Positions 49,554 to 59,574 of a stretch of DNA of 64,000 bases are shown piece by piece (the stretch's first letter is position 1; the number at the start of each line of letters is the position of its first letter). Under the pieces are notes generated by a model. The model was not told the origin of the DNA. It did no database searches and was given only the letters and a program-made list of their open reading frames with translations. The stretch spans positions 24,979 through 88,978 of the forward strand of contig MFRW01000009.1 of the NCBI GenBank assembly GCA_001786575.1, written 5' to 3'. A program made the position numbers and the translations under genes. This DNA comes from Candidatus Moranbacteria bacterium RIFCSPHIGHO2_01_FULL_55_24. GTDB lineage: Bacteria; Patescibacteriota; Minisyncoccia; Moranbacterales; UBA1568.

Positions 49554-50270
49554 CTAGAGTTCGAGCATCGGGACTTCGATCGCTATGATATCCGTCTCTT
49601 CGGCAAATGCGAGCGGCACGCTCTCCGTTTCCCAGATGCCCACCGCGTCGCGCGTCTCGAACGCCTGGTCCCCGATGGTCCCCTTCCCGAAAACCACGAA
49701 GAAATAGACGCCGTTCCCTTCTTTCTTCATGCGATAGTCAGTTTTTTCTCCGGGAGCGAAGCGGCCGCGGGAGATCCAGGCATCCTGCTGGATCATCAGC
49801 TTCCCGTCTTCTTCGTCCGGGCCGACCAGCTGCAGGAAGGCATTGTGCATAAGAGCCTCGTCGAAACGCTTCTGGTCGTAGCGGGCCGAAAGATGCATCG
49901 CCCGAGAGAGGATCCAGACCTGTATCAATTTCACCGGTTCCGTCTCTGAAGCGTTGAATTCCGAATGCTCCACACCGGTGCCGGCGCTCATCACCTGCAC
50001 CTCGCCAGCCGAAACGGTTTCCGCAGAGCCCATACTGTCCTTGTGAGCAAGACCCCCTTCGAAGGGAATGGTGATGATCTCCATATCCCGATGCGGATGC
50101 GTCGGGAAACCTTCGCCCGGCGCGATCTCGTCATCGTTGATTACCCGAAGCGCCCCGAAATGCAGACGGTTCGGGTCGAAATAGTTCGCGAAACTGAAGC
50201 TGTAGTGCGTCTTGAGCCAACCGTAATCAGCACCTGCCCGCGATTCGTTCTTGATATAGATCTTTTGCAT
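49554..50270 (-). CDS. pirin family protein
   Basis: HPHRDMEI, HKDSMG, MSAGTGVEHSE. Confidence 0.95.
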   Translation of the reverse strand: MQKIYIKNESRAGADYGWLKTHYSFSFANYFDPNRLHFGALRVINDDEIAPGEGFPTHPHRDMEIITIPFEGGLAHKDSMGSAETVSAGEVQVMSAGTGVEHSEFNASETEPVKLIQVWILSRAMHLSARYDQKRFDEALMHNAFLQLVGPDEEDGKLMIQQDAWISRGRFAPGEKTDYRMKKEGNGVYFFVVFGKGTIGDQAFETRDAVGIWETESVPLAFAEETDIIAIEVPMLEL

Positions 50271-50287
50271 GGAATTTCCGCTTAATG

Positions 50288-50905
50288 GTGGACTACATCC
50301 TACTCAATTGGAACTCTATCATAGCAGAACTCCGAACTTGGCAAGAACTAGGGATGGCTATTGAAGAGATTCAATTCGTATAATCCCTCTGTTCTTTGTT
50401 TTCTGGAAGACCGAGATCAACAAACACAAATGAGACACCAAGTTTTTTCATTTCTTCTACAGGATTTTCTACTCGTTCAACTGTAACAGGACTCACTGCT
50501 TCCTCTGCTATCACCTCCCTATCCCCTAACCCTTCTTTATAGAGAAATTTATCTGTTCCAAAATGATACACATATCCGCCATCACCATACATTTTTTGTA
50601 AGCTTTCTTCCAAAGAACCAAATCCCAATATGACAACGGTTTGATCGTTGCCATACAAGTCTACTCCCATACCATAATGGGCAGTTTTCCCGTCTATTTC
50701 ATAAGGAGCCCGATGACAAGTATACGCCAGAGCAATCCACTTATGCGGAGTTGCATGGAATGATTCCTGATCAAAAATAACTTCTCTTTCGCCACTTTCA
50801 CCCGTGCGCTCCCGAACATTTCTTCGGGGCATGGCGTGATCCGAATCAAATTCTTTATGTGAGCCGTGATAAACAAATTTTTCCATGTTCATAATTGTTG
50901 TGGAC
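50288..50905. mobile_element. tRNA-Ala-targeted single-gene mini-island (no integrase)
   Basis: Direct repeat GTGGAC at 50288-50293 and 50900-50905; AT-rich interior; outer junction carries the displaced CCA end. Confidence 0.65.
50371..50892 (-). CDS. island cargo protein, possible ADP-ribosyltransferase fold
   Basis: VYHGS...HATPHKWIALAY...GYVY...REVI pattern; low GC. Confidence 0.6.
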   Translation of the reverse strand: MNMEKFVYHGSHKEFDSDHAMPRRNVRERTGESGEREVIFDQESFHATPHKWIALAYTCHRAPYEIDGKTAHYGMGVDLYGNDQTVVILGFGSLEESLQKMYGDGGYVYHFGTDKFLYKEGLGDREVIAEEAVSPVTVERVENPVEEMKKLGVSFVFVDLGLPENKEQRDYTN

Positions 50906-50971
50906 CTGGGCGGAATCGAACCGCCGGCTGTGCAATGCGAATGCACTGTTTTACCACTAGACTACAGGCCC
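50901..50971 (-). tRNA. tRNA-Ala(CGC)
   Basis: GGGCCTG/CAGGTCC with G3.U70, GTGCA-TTCGCAT-TGCAC, GGTTCGATTCC. Confidence 0.95.
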
Positions 50972-51029
50972 GAAAAATACCACAATAAAGCTATTGTAAG
51001 CCAAAATGAGAGAAAAGGTAAGACTCCTT

Positions 51030-51497
51030 TCAAATCGTTTCCACCTCTGCTATTACCTTCTCAAGCACGGCATCCTCCGCGCCGAAGAGGAACCTGGTAC
51101 GGAACTTCTTGCCCGCAAGAAAAAGCGGCAGCCAGTAGATATCGTCCGGCCACATCGTGCCGTATGGAATATCGGAAAACGAGAACCACTCTGGCCGCAT
51201 CTCTTCGGTTTCCACCGGTTCGCCGTCCCAGGCATCGACCCGGAACACATGCACCTCGAGGATTTTTCCGCGCTCGGCGTCGAATTCGAACTCGTGGATG
51301 CCGACTTTCTCCATTTCGGCGATCACAATACCGCACTCCTCTTCTGTTTCCCGTCTGGCCGCCGCCTCGATCGTTTCTCCCGCTTCCACCTTGCCCCCGA
51401 AGCCGTTCCAGCGTCCCGCCCCGAAGCCGCGCTTCTTCATCCCGAGAAGCACTTTGCCGTCTTTCACCGCCAGGCAGAGGGTCAGGAGCTTTCGCAT
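51030..51497 (-). CDS. NUDIX hydrolase, 8-oxo-dGTP diphosphatase (MTH1-like)
   Basis: KKRGFG, GGKVEAGETIEAAARRETEEECG, MWPDD. Confidence 0.93.
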   Translation of the reverse strand: MRKLLTLCLAVKDGKVLLGMKKRGFGAGRWNGFGGKVEAGETIEAAARRETEEECGIVIAEMEKVGIHEFEFDAERGKILEVHVFRVDAWDGEPVETEEMRPEWFSFSDIPYGTMWPDDIYWLPLFLAGKKFRTRFLFGAEDAVLEKVIAEVETI

Positions 51498-51526
51498 AGG
51501 CTCTGGTTCAATTTGGTCATAAGAGT

Positions 51527-54208
51527 TTAAGCAAGCTTCTTATGTTCCGGAGCGTTTATGGCTCCGCAGCGCTTATACTTGAGGCCCGATCCGCACGGGC
51601 ATGGGTCATTGCGCCCGATGAGCTCCTGATTGACGAGCGGGGCCTGCTTTTGCATATTATCCGAAGCTCCCCCGCCTGCAACGCTCTGCGTAGCAGTGCG
51701 GGTAGGGAACTGTTCGATCTCTTCGCTCGCTCCCTGGAAGCGCATGTCGCGCTGTTCGAGAGTCGGCACCGGCACACCGGTTTCCACTTTGAGGATGGTC
51801 ATGAGGTACGTTTTGCGCACGGAATCCATGAGTCCCAAGAACATATCATAGGCCTCGCGCTTGTATTCGATGAGCGGATCCTTCTGGGCGATACCGCGGA
51901 GTCCGATGCCCTGGCGCAGATAGTCGATTTCATCGAGGTGGTTCATCCAGAGCGTATCGAGCGAGCGCAAGTACAGGGCGCGCTGGATCACATTCCAAGT
52001 ATCCTTGCCGAAAACAGCTTCTTTCTCGCTGTATGCCTTCTTGATCTCTCCGATGAGGTATTCCAGCATCAGTCCGCGTTTCTCTGCCTCGTCTTTCGAA
52101 CGGTCGTTCTGGATCGTTTCCAGTTTCTTCGCCGCATCGATCTCATTTATGGCCGGCGCAAGCATATTCGCTTCCGCGATGATCTCCTTCAACTGCCAGT
52201 CAGACTCATCGCCAGCCGTATGGAAGCTGATGACCCGATCGAGTTCTTCCGAAAGCAGGTTGAACGTCTCATCCTTCATGGATGAGATACCGAGGATATT
52301 CTTCCTCTTGCGGTAGACGACTTCGCGCTGCTTGTTCATGACGTCATCGTATTCGAGGACGTGCTTCCGGATATCGAAGTTATAGCCCTCGATCTTCGAC
52401 TGGGCGCTTTCGATGGTCTTGGAGATGAGCTTGTTCTGGATAGGCTCGTCTTCCGGCAGGCCGAGAGTGGTCATCATGTTCTTCATGCGCTCGCCGCCGA
52501 AGCGCCGCATGAGCTCGTCTTCGAGGGAAATGAAGAACTGCGATGCGCCCGGGTCGCCCTGGCGTCCGGCACGGCCGCGCAGCTGGTTGTCGATGCGGCG
52601 CGCCTCATGGCGTTCGGTACCGATGATGAAGAGGCCGCCCCGCTCCCGCACGCCATCCCCCAGTTTGATGTCCGTTCCGCGACCGGCCATGTTCGTAGCG
52701 ATCGTAACGCCGTCTTTCTGGCCGGCATTCGAGACGATCGCCGCTTCGCGTTCGTGGTTCTTGGCATTCAGGACTTCATGCGTGATGCCTTCCTGCGTAA
52801 GGAGCGCGCTCAAATACTCCGATTTCTCGATGGCGATAGTTCCGATGAGGACCGGCTGGCCGGTGGCATGGATCTCGCCTACGCGCTTGGCGATCGCCCG
52901 GAATTTGGCTTCTTCGGTCTTGTAGACGATATCGGCCAAGTCTTTGCGGACCATCGGGCGGTTCGTCGGGATCTCGATCGCCTCCAGCTTGTAGACTTTG
53001 ACGAATTCTTCTGCGGACGTGAACGCCGTACCGGTCATACCGGCAAGTTTGTCGTAAAGGCGGAAATAGTTCTGGAAAGTGATGGTAGCCAGAGTGCGGG
53101 TTTCGCGCTGGACGGTGACGCCTTCTTTCGCTTCGATCGCCTGGTGGAGTCCTTCGCTGTAGCGGCGGCCGGGCTGAAGGCGCCCGGTGAAGTCATCCAC
53201 GATGATCACCTGGCCGTCCTTCACCACATAGTCGCGGTCGCGGGCGAAGATGATCTCCGCTTTGAGCGACTGTTCCAGATGGTGCACGTACTGCACGTTT
53301 CCCGAGGCGTAGAGATCGCCCATCCCGAGGAGCCGTTCGACGCTGTTGATGCCTTCATCGGTGAGCGTCACCACCCGCATCTTCTCATCGACGATGTAGT
53401 CCTTCTCGGCTTGCAAGCGGGGAACGATCTTCGCGAAGCGCTCGTAGAGCTTCCCCGACTCGGTGTCCGGAGCGGAAATGATAAGCGGGGTACGGGCTTC
53501 GTCGATCAGGATGGAGTCGACTTCGTCGACGATCGCGAAATGAAGCTCGCGCTGCGTCATGTCTTCGAGGCTCGAGACCATGTTGTCGCGCAGGTAGTCG
53601 AAACCGAACTCGTTGTTCGTCCCGTAGGTGATATCGGACTGGTAGGCCTCGCGCCGGCTCACCGGAATGAGGTTTTCCATCTCGATGCTCACTTCGTCGC
53701 TATCTGCGACATGCACTTCGAAGCGGTATGAGACTCCCTGGGAAACGATACAGGCTGTCGAAAGTCCGAGGAACTCGTACACCCGTCCCATCCAGTTGCA
53801 GTCACGCTTGGCCAGATAGTCGTTGACGGTGACGACGTGCACTCCTTTCCCCGTAAGGGCATTCAGATAGATGGGAAGCGTCGAGGTGAGCGTCTTGCCT
53901 TCGCCGGTCTTCATTTCGGCGATTTTCCCATTATGAAGAGCGATGCCGCCCATGAGCTGGACATCGTAGTGGCGTTCATTGATCACGCGTTTGGCCGCTT
54001 CGCGCACGACTGCATAAGCCTCCGGCAGCAGGCTGTCGAGGCTCTCGCCTTTCCCTAAGCGTTCTTTGAATTCAGCTGTTTTCGCTTTGAGCGCTTCGTC
54101 AGAAAGGGCGCTGATGCTCGGTTCGTGGGAATTGATGCTCTCTACGAGCGGCAGGAACTTCTTCACTTCGCGCTCATTCGAGCCGAAAATCTTTTGGAGA
54201 AAAGCCAT
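51527..54208 (-). CDS. secA: preprotein translocase SecA
   Basis: MKTGEGKT, DEVDSILIDEARTP, QLRGRAGRQGD, SEC-C motif. Confidence 0.99.
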   Translation of the reverse strand: MAFLQKIFGSNEREVKKFLPLVESINSHEPSISALSDEALKAKTAEFKERLGKGESLDSLLPEAYAVVREAAKRVINERHYDVQLMGGIALHNGKIAEMKTGEGKTLTSTLPIYLNALTGKGVHVVTVNDYLAKRDCNWMGRVYEFLGLSTACIVSQGVSYRFEVHVADSDEVSIEMENLIPVSRREAYQSDITYGTNNEFGFDYLRDNMVSSLEDMTQRELHFAIVDEVDSILIDEARTPLIISAPDTESGKLYERFAKIVPRLQAEKDYIVDEKMRVVTLTDEGINSVERLLGMGDLYASGNVQYVHHLEQSLKAEIIFARDRDYVVKDGQVIIVDDFTGRLQPGRRYSEGLHQAIEAKEGVTVQRETRTLATITFQNYFRLYDKLAGMTGTAFTSAEEFVKVYKLEAIEIPTNRPMVRKDLADIVYKTEEAKFRAIAKRVGEIHATGQPVLIGTIAIEKSEYLSALLTQEGITHEVLNAKNHEREAAIVSNAGQKDGVTIATNMAGRGTDIKLGDGVRERGGLFIIGTERHEARRIDNQLRGRAGRQGDPGASQFFISLEDELMRRFGGERMKNMMTTLGLPEDEPIQNKLISKTIESAQSKIEGYNFDIRKHVLEYDDVMNKQREVVYRKRKNILGISSMKDETFNLLSEELDRVISFHTAGDESDWQLKEIIAEANMLAPAINEIDAAKKLETIQNDRSKDEAEKRGLMLEYLIGEIKKAYSEKEAVFGKDTWNVIQRALYLRSLDTLWMNHLDEIDYLRQGIGLRGIAQKDPLIEYKREAYDMFLGLMDSVRKTYLMTILKVETGVPVPTLEQRDMRFQGASEEIEQFPTRTATQSVAGGGASDNMQKQAPLVNQELIGRNDPCPCGSGLKYKRCGAINAPEHKKLA

Positions 54209-54271
54209 ACGGTCTTGGAAACAAAGGATATCTTCCTATACTACCAGGACGGCTTTGCGGCGTCAAAAGGC

Positions 54272-54625
54272 CTAAAAGCGGGCAGAATCGTCGAGGACCG
54301 TGTTTTTCTTGATAGAGCGACTGCCGCGGATTTTCAGGTCGTGGCTTCTCGTCCGTTTCTTGCCGATCTGGATCTCCATCTCGTCGATGGCGATGTCCGT
54401 AGAGCCTTCGATGCTTTCGCTCGTCTCTTCGGACCGGAAGAGGTCATGCGGGGTTTTCACCATGATTTCCACCCGGAATTTCCCCTTTTTGTCCATGTCG
54501 ATCTCTACTTCGAACTCGCTTACGGGGTCGACCAGCTTTTCGATCCTTTCGAGGCGCTTCAGGATATACTCCTGGGTCCTTTCATCGATATCCACTCCTT
54601 GGTAAAAAAATCGGAGATTCATCAT
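54272..54625 (-). CDS. raiA: ribosome hibernation factor HPF/RaiA
   Basis: Fold pattern (YILKRLERIEK...D.AIDEMEIQI), upstream of secA. Confidence 0.85.
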   Translation of the reverse strand: MMNLRFFYQGVDIDERTQEYILKRLERIEKLVDPVSEFEVEIDMDKKGKFRVEIMVKTPHDLFRSEETSESIEGSTDIAIDEMEIQIGKKRTRSHDLKIRGSRSIKKNTVLDDSARF

Positions 54626-54681
54626 ATGGCATACATTAGCGGCTTAGATGCTCCTATTATACCATGCGGGGATTTTCCTCT

Positions 54682-54882
54682 TTACACAGGCAAAGTCGTC
54701 AGACTGGTAAGCGTATCCAGGAAGAATGGGATGGCGAAAAGGAGTCCGAGAAGGGGCAGCAGGAAAAAAACAAGGGAAAGCACAAGTGTGTAGAGGAAGT
54801 ATTTGCGCGTCTTCTCGGCAGAAACGTAGATGGCATCCAGCTTCCTCTCTTGCTCCTCGAGTTTTTTCAGTATCTCTTCCAT
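54682..54882 (-). CDS. small membrane protein
   Basis: KLDAIYVSAEKTRKYF then hydrophobic segment; follows murB. Confidence 0.75.
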   Translation of the reverse strand: MEEILKKLEEQERKLDAIYVSAEKTRKYFLYTLVLSLVFFLLPLLGLLFAIPFFLDTLTSLTTLPV

Positions 54883-54891
54883 ATTTTTTCT

Positions 54892-55824
54892 TTAAAAGCC
54901 GACGTATTGCACTTCTTCCTTGAGCTGGATAGAGAACTCGTTCCGTACCCGGGTCTTCGCTATGCTCGCGAGCGTGATGATGTCTTCGGCGGTGGCGTTC
55001 CCGGTATTGATGAGGTAGTTCGGATGCTGGTTGCTGATCTTCGCTCCCCCGATCTGCTTGCCGCGCAGTCCCACACGATCGATGAGCCAGCCAGCCGGAA
55101 GCCGGCCGTTTTTCGACGGCATGCCGGAATCGCGCTCGAAGATCTCATGGAGAGACTTGTCTGTAACGATCGGATTCACGAAAAAGGATCCGGCCGAAGG
55201 GATGTCTTGGGGATGTTTCGCTTCGCGCTTCGCAAGCGTCTCGCGCATCGTCGCGAGAAGCGCGTCCGGATCGGCACCTTTCTTCAGGCGCAGGTCGGCC
55301 GAGAGAACCAAAAGGTGCGGGTACTTCTTGAAAATGCTCGTGCGATAGCCGAACTCGCAGTCGCTCTGCGAGAACTCCCGCAAAATGCCGCTTTTGAGAT
55401 CGATCGCTTTCACCTTCTCGACGATGTTCCCGATCTCGGTACCGAAAGCTCCGGCATTGCCGCGGACCGCGCCGCCGAATGATCCCGGGACGCCTGCCAG
55501 CCGTTCGATACCGGAAAGGCCGCGTTCCTGGGCCAGACTCACGACGTCCCCGAGCGGCACTCCGGCACCGGCATAGATCCTGTCGTTCTCCGCTTCTTTC
55601 CCTCCGCCGACCATATGGATGATGATTCCGGAAAATCCCTTATCGGAAAAAAGAATGTTGCTTCCGCCGCCAAAAATATACTCTTTCAGCTTGTTTTTCT
55701 CGGCGAACTCGCGCGCCTTCATAAGCGAAGTCGTGTCCGTTACCTGGACATAGTAACGAGCCGTTCCGCCGACTTTGAAAGTGGTGAGCGGTGCGAGAGG
55801 CACGTTTTCCTGTATCTTCTGCAT
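54892..55824 (-). CDS. murB: UDP-N-acetylmuramate dehydrogenase
   Basis: GGGSN, GNAGAFG, SAGSFFVNP. Confidence 0.97.
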   Translation of the reverse strand: MQKIQENVPLAPLTTFKVGGTARYYVQVTDTTSLMKAREFAEKNKLKEYIFGGGSNILFSDKGFSGIIIHMVGGGKEAENDRIYAGAGVPLGDVVSLAQERGLSGIERLAGVPGSFGGAVRGNAGAFGTEIGNIVEKVKAIDLKSGILREFSQSDCEFGYRTSIFKKYPHLLVLSADLRLKKGADPDALLATMRETLAKREAKHPQDIPSAGSFFVNPIVTDKSLHEIFERDSGMPSKNGRLPAGWLIDRVGLRGKQIGGAKISNQHPNYLINTGNATAEDIITLASIAKTRVRNEFSIQLKEEVQYVGF

Positions 55825-55859
55825 GTTTTTGTTTTTTCCTCCTTAAGTACCTATGGCTT

Positions 55860-57278
55860 CTAGCTTTTTCTTGCGAGCTTGTGCGAGAGTTTCCAGACGT
55901 CTCCTGCCCCGAGCGTGACGACGAGGTCATTCTTCCCGAGACCGCTTTGGAATTCCTCAAGGAACGCTTCGCGATCATCCGGAATCATCTGCGCTTTTCC
56001 GGGGAAATAGCGATTGATCTTGTCGGCCAGGTCTTCCGAAGAGACTCCTCCCTGCTTCTCGCGCGCGCTGCCGTAAATCGGGAGAAGCCAGATCTGATCC
56101 GCATCATCGAAACTCTGTGCGAAGTCATCCAGAAGCGCCTTGGTGCGAGTGAACGTATGGGGATGAAAGAAGACTTTGAGCCTCCGTTTCGGATAAAGCG
56201 CCCGGAATGCCTGAAGCGTCGTCCGGATCTCTTCCGGGTGATGAGCATAATCATCATACACCAAAGCTCCGAAACGCTCACCCAAGTACTCGAAGCGGCG
56301 TTCCGTTCCTCTGAAGCGGGAGAGGGCTTTCTCCATCTTTTCGGTATTCTCTCGCAGTCCTGTAAGGAGCGCTATGACCGCCGTAGCATTCAGCGCGTTA
56401 TGACGGCCGGCGAGCTGGAGCGAGAACTCACCGAGTTCCGTGCCCGCGTGGTTTACGGTGAACGTCTGTGTGATGCCGTCTTGGGGCAGCACGCCTTCCG
56501 TGGCATGGACGACATTGTTCTGGATCAGGAAATCGGCGCCTTCCAGGAAACCGTAGGAAAATTTCTGACACTCGGCCTCGAGCGCCACATCTATGACATC
56601 CCGCGAATCAGAGCAGTAGACGAGGATGCCGTGGCGCGGAATCTTCATGACGAAGGCCTTGAAGACCTCCAGGTATGCTTCTTTCGTCTTGAAGAAATCC
56701 GGGTGGTCCCAATCGACGCTCGTGAGGATGACTCCGAACGGCGCATACTCCGCGAGCTTGTTCTGGTATTCGTCCGCTTCCAAGACCAGGTACTTGCCGC
56801 GGCCGGCCAGGGCCGAGCCGTTCCAGCTCACGATGCGGCTCCCGACGATCGCCGAAGGATCGGCTCCGATCGCCCGGAGGGTGTCGGCCAAGAGCGCGCT
56901 CGTGGTCGTCTTGCCATGAGTGCCGCAGACCGCGAGTGTCATCATCGTTTCGGTGAGCTTCCCGACTGCCTGCGGATAACTCATGACCGGAATCCCGAGC
57001 GTATGCGCATGGGCGAGTTCCGGGTTCTTTTCTTTGGAATACGCCGTAGAGTAGATGACGATATCGGTTTTTGCAGGGATATTCTTCGGATCGAAAGATT
57101 CGCGGTACTTGATCCCGAGCTTCTTGAGGAGAGCATCGGTATAGAACTTTTCCGGTACATCCGAACCGGTAATGTGCGCGCCGCGCAGGGTAAGGAGCTC
57201 TGCAAGCGCCGTCATTCCGGCGCCTTTGATGCCGATCATGTGGACGCGCGTATTGGGAGTAAAGACGGATGTTTCCAT
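55860..57278 (-). CDS. murC: UDP-N-acetylmuramate--L-alanine ligase
   Basis: GIKGAGM, GTHGKTTT, EADEY, DDYAHHP. Confidence 0.97.
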   Translation of the reverse strand: METSVFTPNTRVHMIGIKGAGMTALAELLTLRGAHITGSDVPEKFYTDALLKKLGIKYRESFDPKNIPAKTDIVIYSTAYSKEKNPELAHAHTLGIPVMSYPQAVGKLTETMMTLAVCGTHGKTTTSALLADTLRAIGADPSAIVGSRIVSWNGSALAGRGKYLVLEADEYQNKLAEYAPFGVILTSVDWDHPDFFKTKEAYLEVFKAFVMKIPRHGILVYCSDSRDVIDVALEAECQKFSYGFLEGADFLIQNNVVHATEGVLPQDGITQTFTVNHAGTELGEFSLQLAGRHNALNATAVIALLTGLRENTEKMEKALSRFRGTERRFEYLGERFGALVYDDYAHHPEEIRTTLQAFRALYPKRRLKVFFHPHTFTRTKALLDDFAQSFDDADQIWLLPIYGSAREKQGGVSSEDLADKINRYFPGKAQMIPDDREAFLEEFQSGLGKNDLVVTLGAGDVWKLSHKLARKS

Positions 57279-57287
57279 AGGAGAGGC

Positions 57288-58412
57288 TTAGGCTGCGATA
57301 AGAGCTTCCAATCCGTCCGCGATCGCCTGGGCCGCGTCCGGATGATAGAATGCTCCGATGCTTTTTCCGAGAGCTTCGCGTTTGGCAGGATCTGCGAAGA
57401 GCTCTTCGAGAGTGCGGAGCAGGATATGCTCCCCGAGGTTCGGCTCTTCGATGACCACCGCGCCTCCGATGTGGGCGATCTCGTAGGCATTCAGGCGCTG
57501 CTCGTCATTCGCCGCACTTCCGAGCGGAACGAGGATAGCCGGTTTCTGATGGGCGGCGATTTCCGCGATCGATCCGGCACCGGCCCGGGAAAGAACGACG
57601 GTAGCAAGTTCGTAGGCATCCGCGAGCTCGGTTCCGGAGAAGAAGGCTTGCGGCCGATAGCCGCTCCCCTCGGGATCGATGCCGGCGTCCCGGACAGCTT
57701 GGATGATCGCTTCGTGGTTCTCTATGCCGGTCTGATGCAATACCTGGATGCCTCGTTCGAGAAGCTCCGGGAGGATGCGGAGCAGGGCTTCGTTCAAAGT
57801 GCGGGCACCGAGGCTTCCCCCGATAATGAGGAGCGTCGGTTTCTCGGCTGACAGACGGAAAAGACCCGCCCCTCTCGCTTTGTCGCCGGCAAGCACTTCT
57901 TCGCGCACCGGATTTCCTGTCAGCGCCGTCTTCTTCTCATCGAAGAAACTCCGCGCGCTCGGGTAGGCGATCGCAATACGCGAAGCGAAACGTCCCAGGA
58001 AGCGGTTGGCATAGCCGGCTGTGGCATCCGAATCGTGGATGAGTACCGGAATGCGGTAGAAGCGTGCCGCGAGAACTACCGGCACGGAAGCGGAACCGCC
58101 TTTGGAGAAGACGGCATCCGGCATGAACCGGAAGAGATACCAGAGGCTCTGGAAAAATCCGAGCGGGATCTTGAACGGATCCACGAAATTCTGAAGCGAG
58201 AAGTAGCGGCGCCACTTGCCGGTCATTACGTACTTCGCCGGGATGCCATACTCGTCCATGATCCCCGCACCGAACTTGCCCTTAGGGCCGATGAAGAGGA
58301 ACTCGTACTCGCCCGGGCGGCGCTTGGCGAGGGTCTCGGCCACCGCAAGCAGCGGGAAGGTATGCCCTCCGGAAACTCCGCCTGTCAAAACTATCCGATA
58401 TCCTTTCTGCAT
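57288..58412 (-). CDS. murG: lipid II GlcNAc transferase MurG
   Basis: GGVSGGH, TGNPVR, GGSLGA, SRAGA. Confidence 0.96.
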   Translation of the reverse strand: MQKGYRIVLTGGVSGGHTFPLLAVAETLAKRRPGEYEFLFIGPKGKFGAGIMDEYGIPAKYVMTGKWRRYFSLQNFVDPFKIPLGFFQSLWYLFRFMPDAVFSKGGSASVPVVLAARFYRIPVLIHDSDATAGYANRFLGRFASRIAIAYPSARSFFDEKKTALTGNPVREEVLAGDKARGAGLFRLSAEKPTLLIIGGSLGARTLNEALLRILPELLERGIQVLHQTGIENHEAIIQAVRDAGIDPEGSGYRPQAFFSGTELADAYELATVVLSRAGAGSIAEIAAHQKPAILVPLGSAANDEQRLNAYEIAHIGGAVVIEEPNLGEHILLRTLEELFADPAKREALGKSIGAFYHPDAAQAIADGLEALIAA

Positions 58413-58450
58413 ATCCAGATTCGCGAGAAAAAGCTTGAAACAAGGAATGA

Positions 58451-59560
58451 TTACCCCTTCAGTCTAGAGTGTTTGCTTATGTTCAGCAAGATTCCGATAG
58501 AAGCCAGAAGCACGGCGAGAGAGGTGCCTCCGTAACTGATGAGCGGAAGCGGAACTCCGGTCAGCGGAATGAGCCCCGAGATGGCCGAGATATTGATGAA
58601 CGCCTGCCCGACGATCCAGGCGACGATACCCACCGCCAAGAGCCGGCCGAAATCGTCCGGAGCGGCCTTGGCCGCGCGCAGTCCCCGCCACATGACGAAG
58701 AGGAACAGTCCGATGACGATAACGCCTCCCATGAGGCCGAACTCTTCTCCCAAAACGGCGAAGATGGAGTCTGTCACCGGCTCCGGCAGGTAGTTGAATT
58801 TCTGGCGGCTCTGTCCGAGACCGATTCCGAAAATTCCTCCTGATCCGAGCGCGAGGAGCGCTTGGGTGATCTGATAGCCGGATCCTTGCGGATCATGGTC
58901 GGGATTGAGGAAAACGAGAAAGCGCTGCATGCGATACGGGGCTATCTTGATAAGAAGCGCAAGAAACAGGAATCCGGCTCCGAAGAGTATGCCGATGTGT
59001 CCCAGGCGCGCGCCGGAAGCGAAGAAGATGGCGATCGAGATGAGGAAGATCAGGCCGAGCGTTCCGGTGTCCGGCTGCTTGATGATGAGGAAACCGACGA
59101 TGGAAAGCAGAAAAAGGAACGGGACGAATCCTTCGAAGAAGTCCGCCGCCTTGTCCCGGCCTCTGCTCGAAAGCCAGGCCGCGAGATAGAGGATAATGGA
59201 AAGCTTCATCACTTCCGACGGCTGGAAGGAGACAGGGCCGAGCTGTACCCAGCGGGCCGCACCGTAAACCGTCGTGCCGATCCCCGGGATGAAGACGAGA
59301 ACCAAAAGCGCGAGCGCAATGATGAATACCGGTACCACGAAGCGCTCCCAGATGCGGTAGTCGATCTTCTGGAAGATGAAGAGGAAGAAGAGACCGACGC
59401 CGAGACCTAAGAGCTGCTGCTTCAGGAAGTAGTATTCATCCCCGAAGCGCGCTTCTCCATAGAAGACGCCGGCGCTCGCGATCATAAGAAGACCGATCCC
59501 AAGGAGCGCCAGGATAGCCAGGAAGAGACTCTTATCGAATTGGGGTTTCCACGCAAACAT
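58451..59560 (-). CDS. ftsW: SEDS protein FtsW
   Basis: FQPSE, QPDTGT, LPEPVTDSIF, PLISYGGTS; upstream of murG. Confidence 0.95.
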   Translation of the reverse strand: MFAWKPQFDKSLFLAILALLGIGLLMIASAGVFYGEARFGDEYYFLKQQLLGLGVGLFFLFIFQKIDYRIWERFVVPVFIIALALLVLVFIPGIGTTVYGAARWVQLGPVSFQPSEVMKLSIILYLAAWLSSRGRDKAADFFEGFVPFLFLLSIVGFLIIKQPDTGTLGLIFLISIAIFFASGARLGHIGILFGAGFLFLALLIKIAPYRMQRFLVFLNPDHDPQGSGYQITQALLALGSGGIFGIGLGQSRQKFNYLPEPVTDSIFAVLGEEFGLMGGVIVIGLFLFVMWRGLRAAKAAPDDFGRLLAVGIVAWIVGQAFINISAISGLIPLTGVPLPLISYGGTSLAVLLASIGILLNISKHSRLKG

Positions 59561-59574
59561 CGATTCGGAACTAT

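Noticed and set aside
50885-51499. 204-aa + strand ORF starting MFIIVVDLGGIEP
   Set aside because: Antisense reading of tRNA-Ala and the NUDIX gene.
55791-57851. Long + strand ORF (686 aa) and similar antisense ORFs (27039-28592, 42988-44496, 52361-53731, 60395-61708)
   Set aside because: Antisense shadows of well-supported genes caused by GC-rich codon bias; no recognisable motifs.
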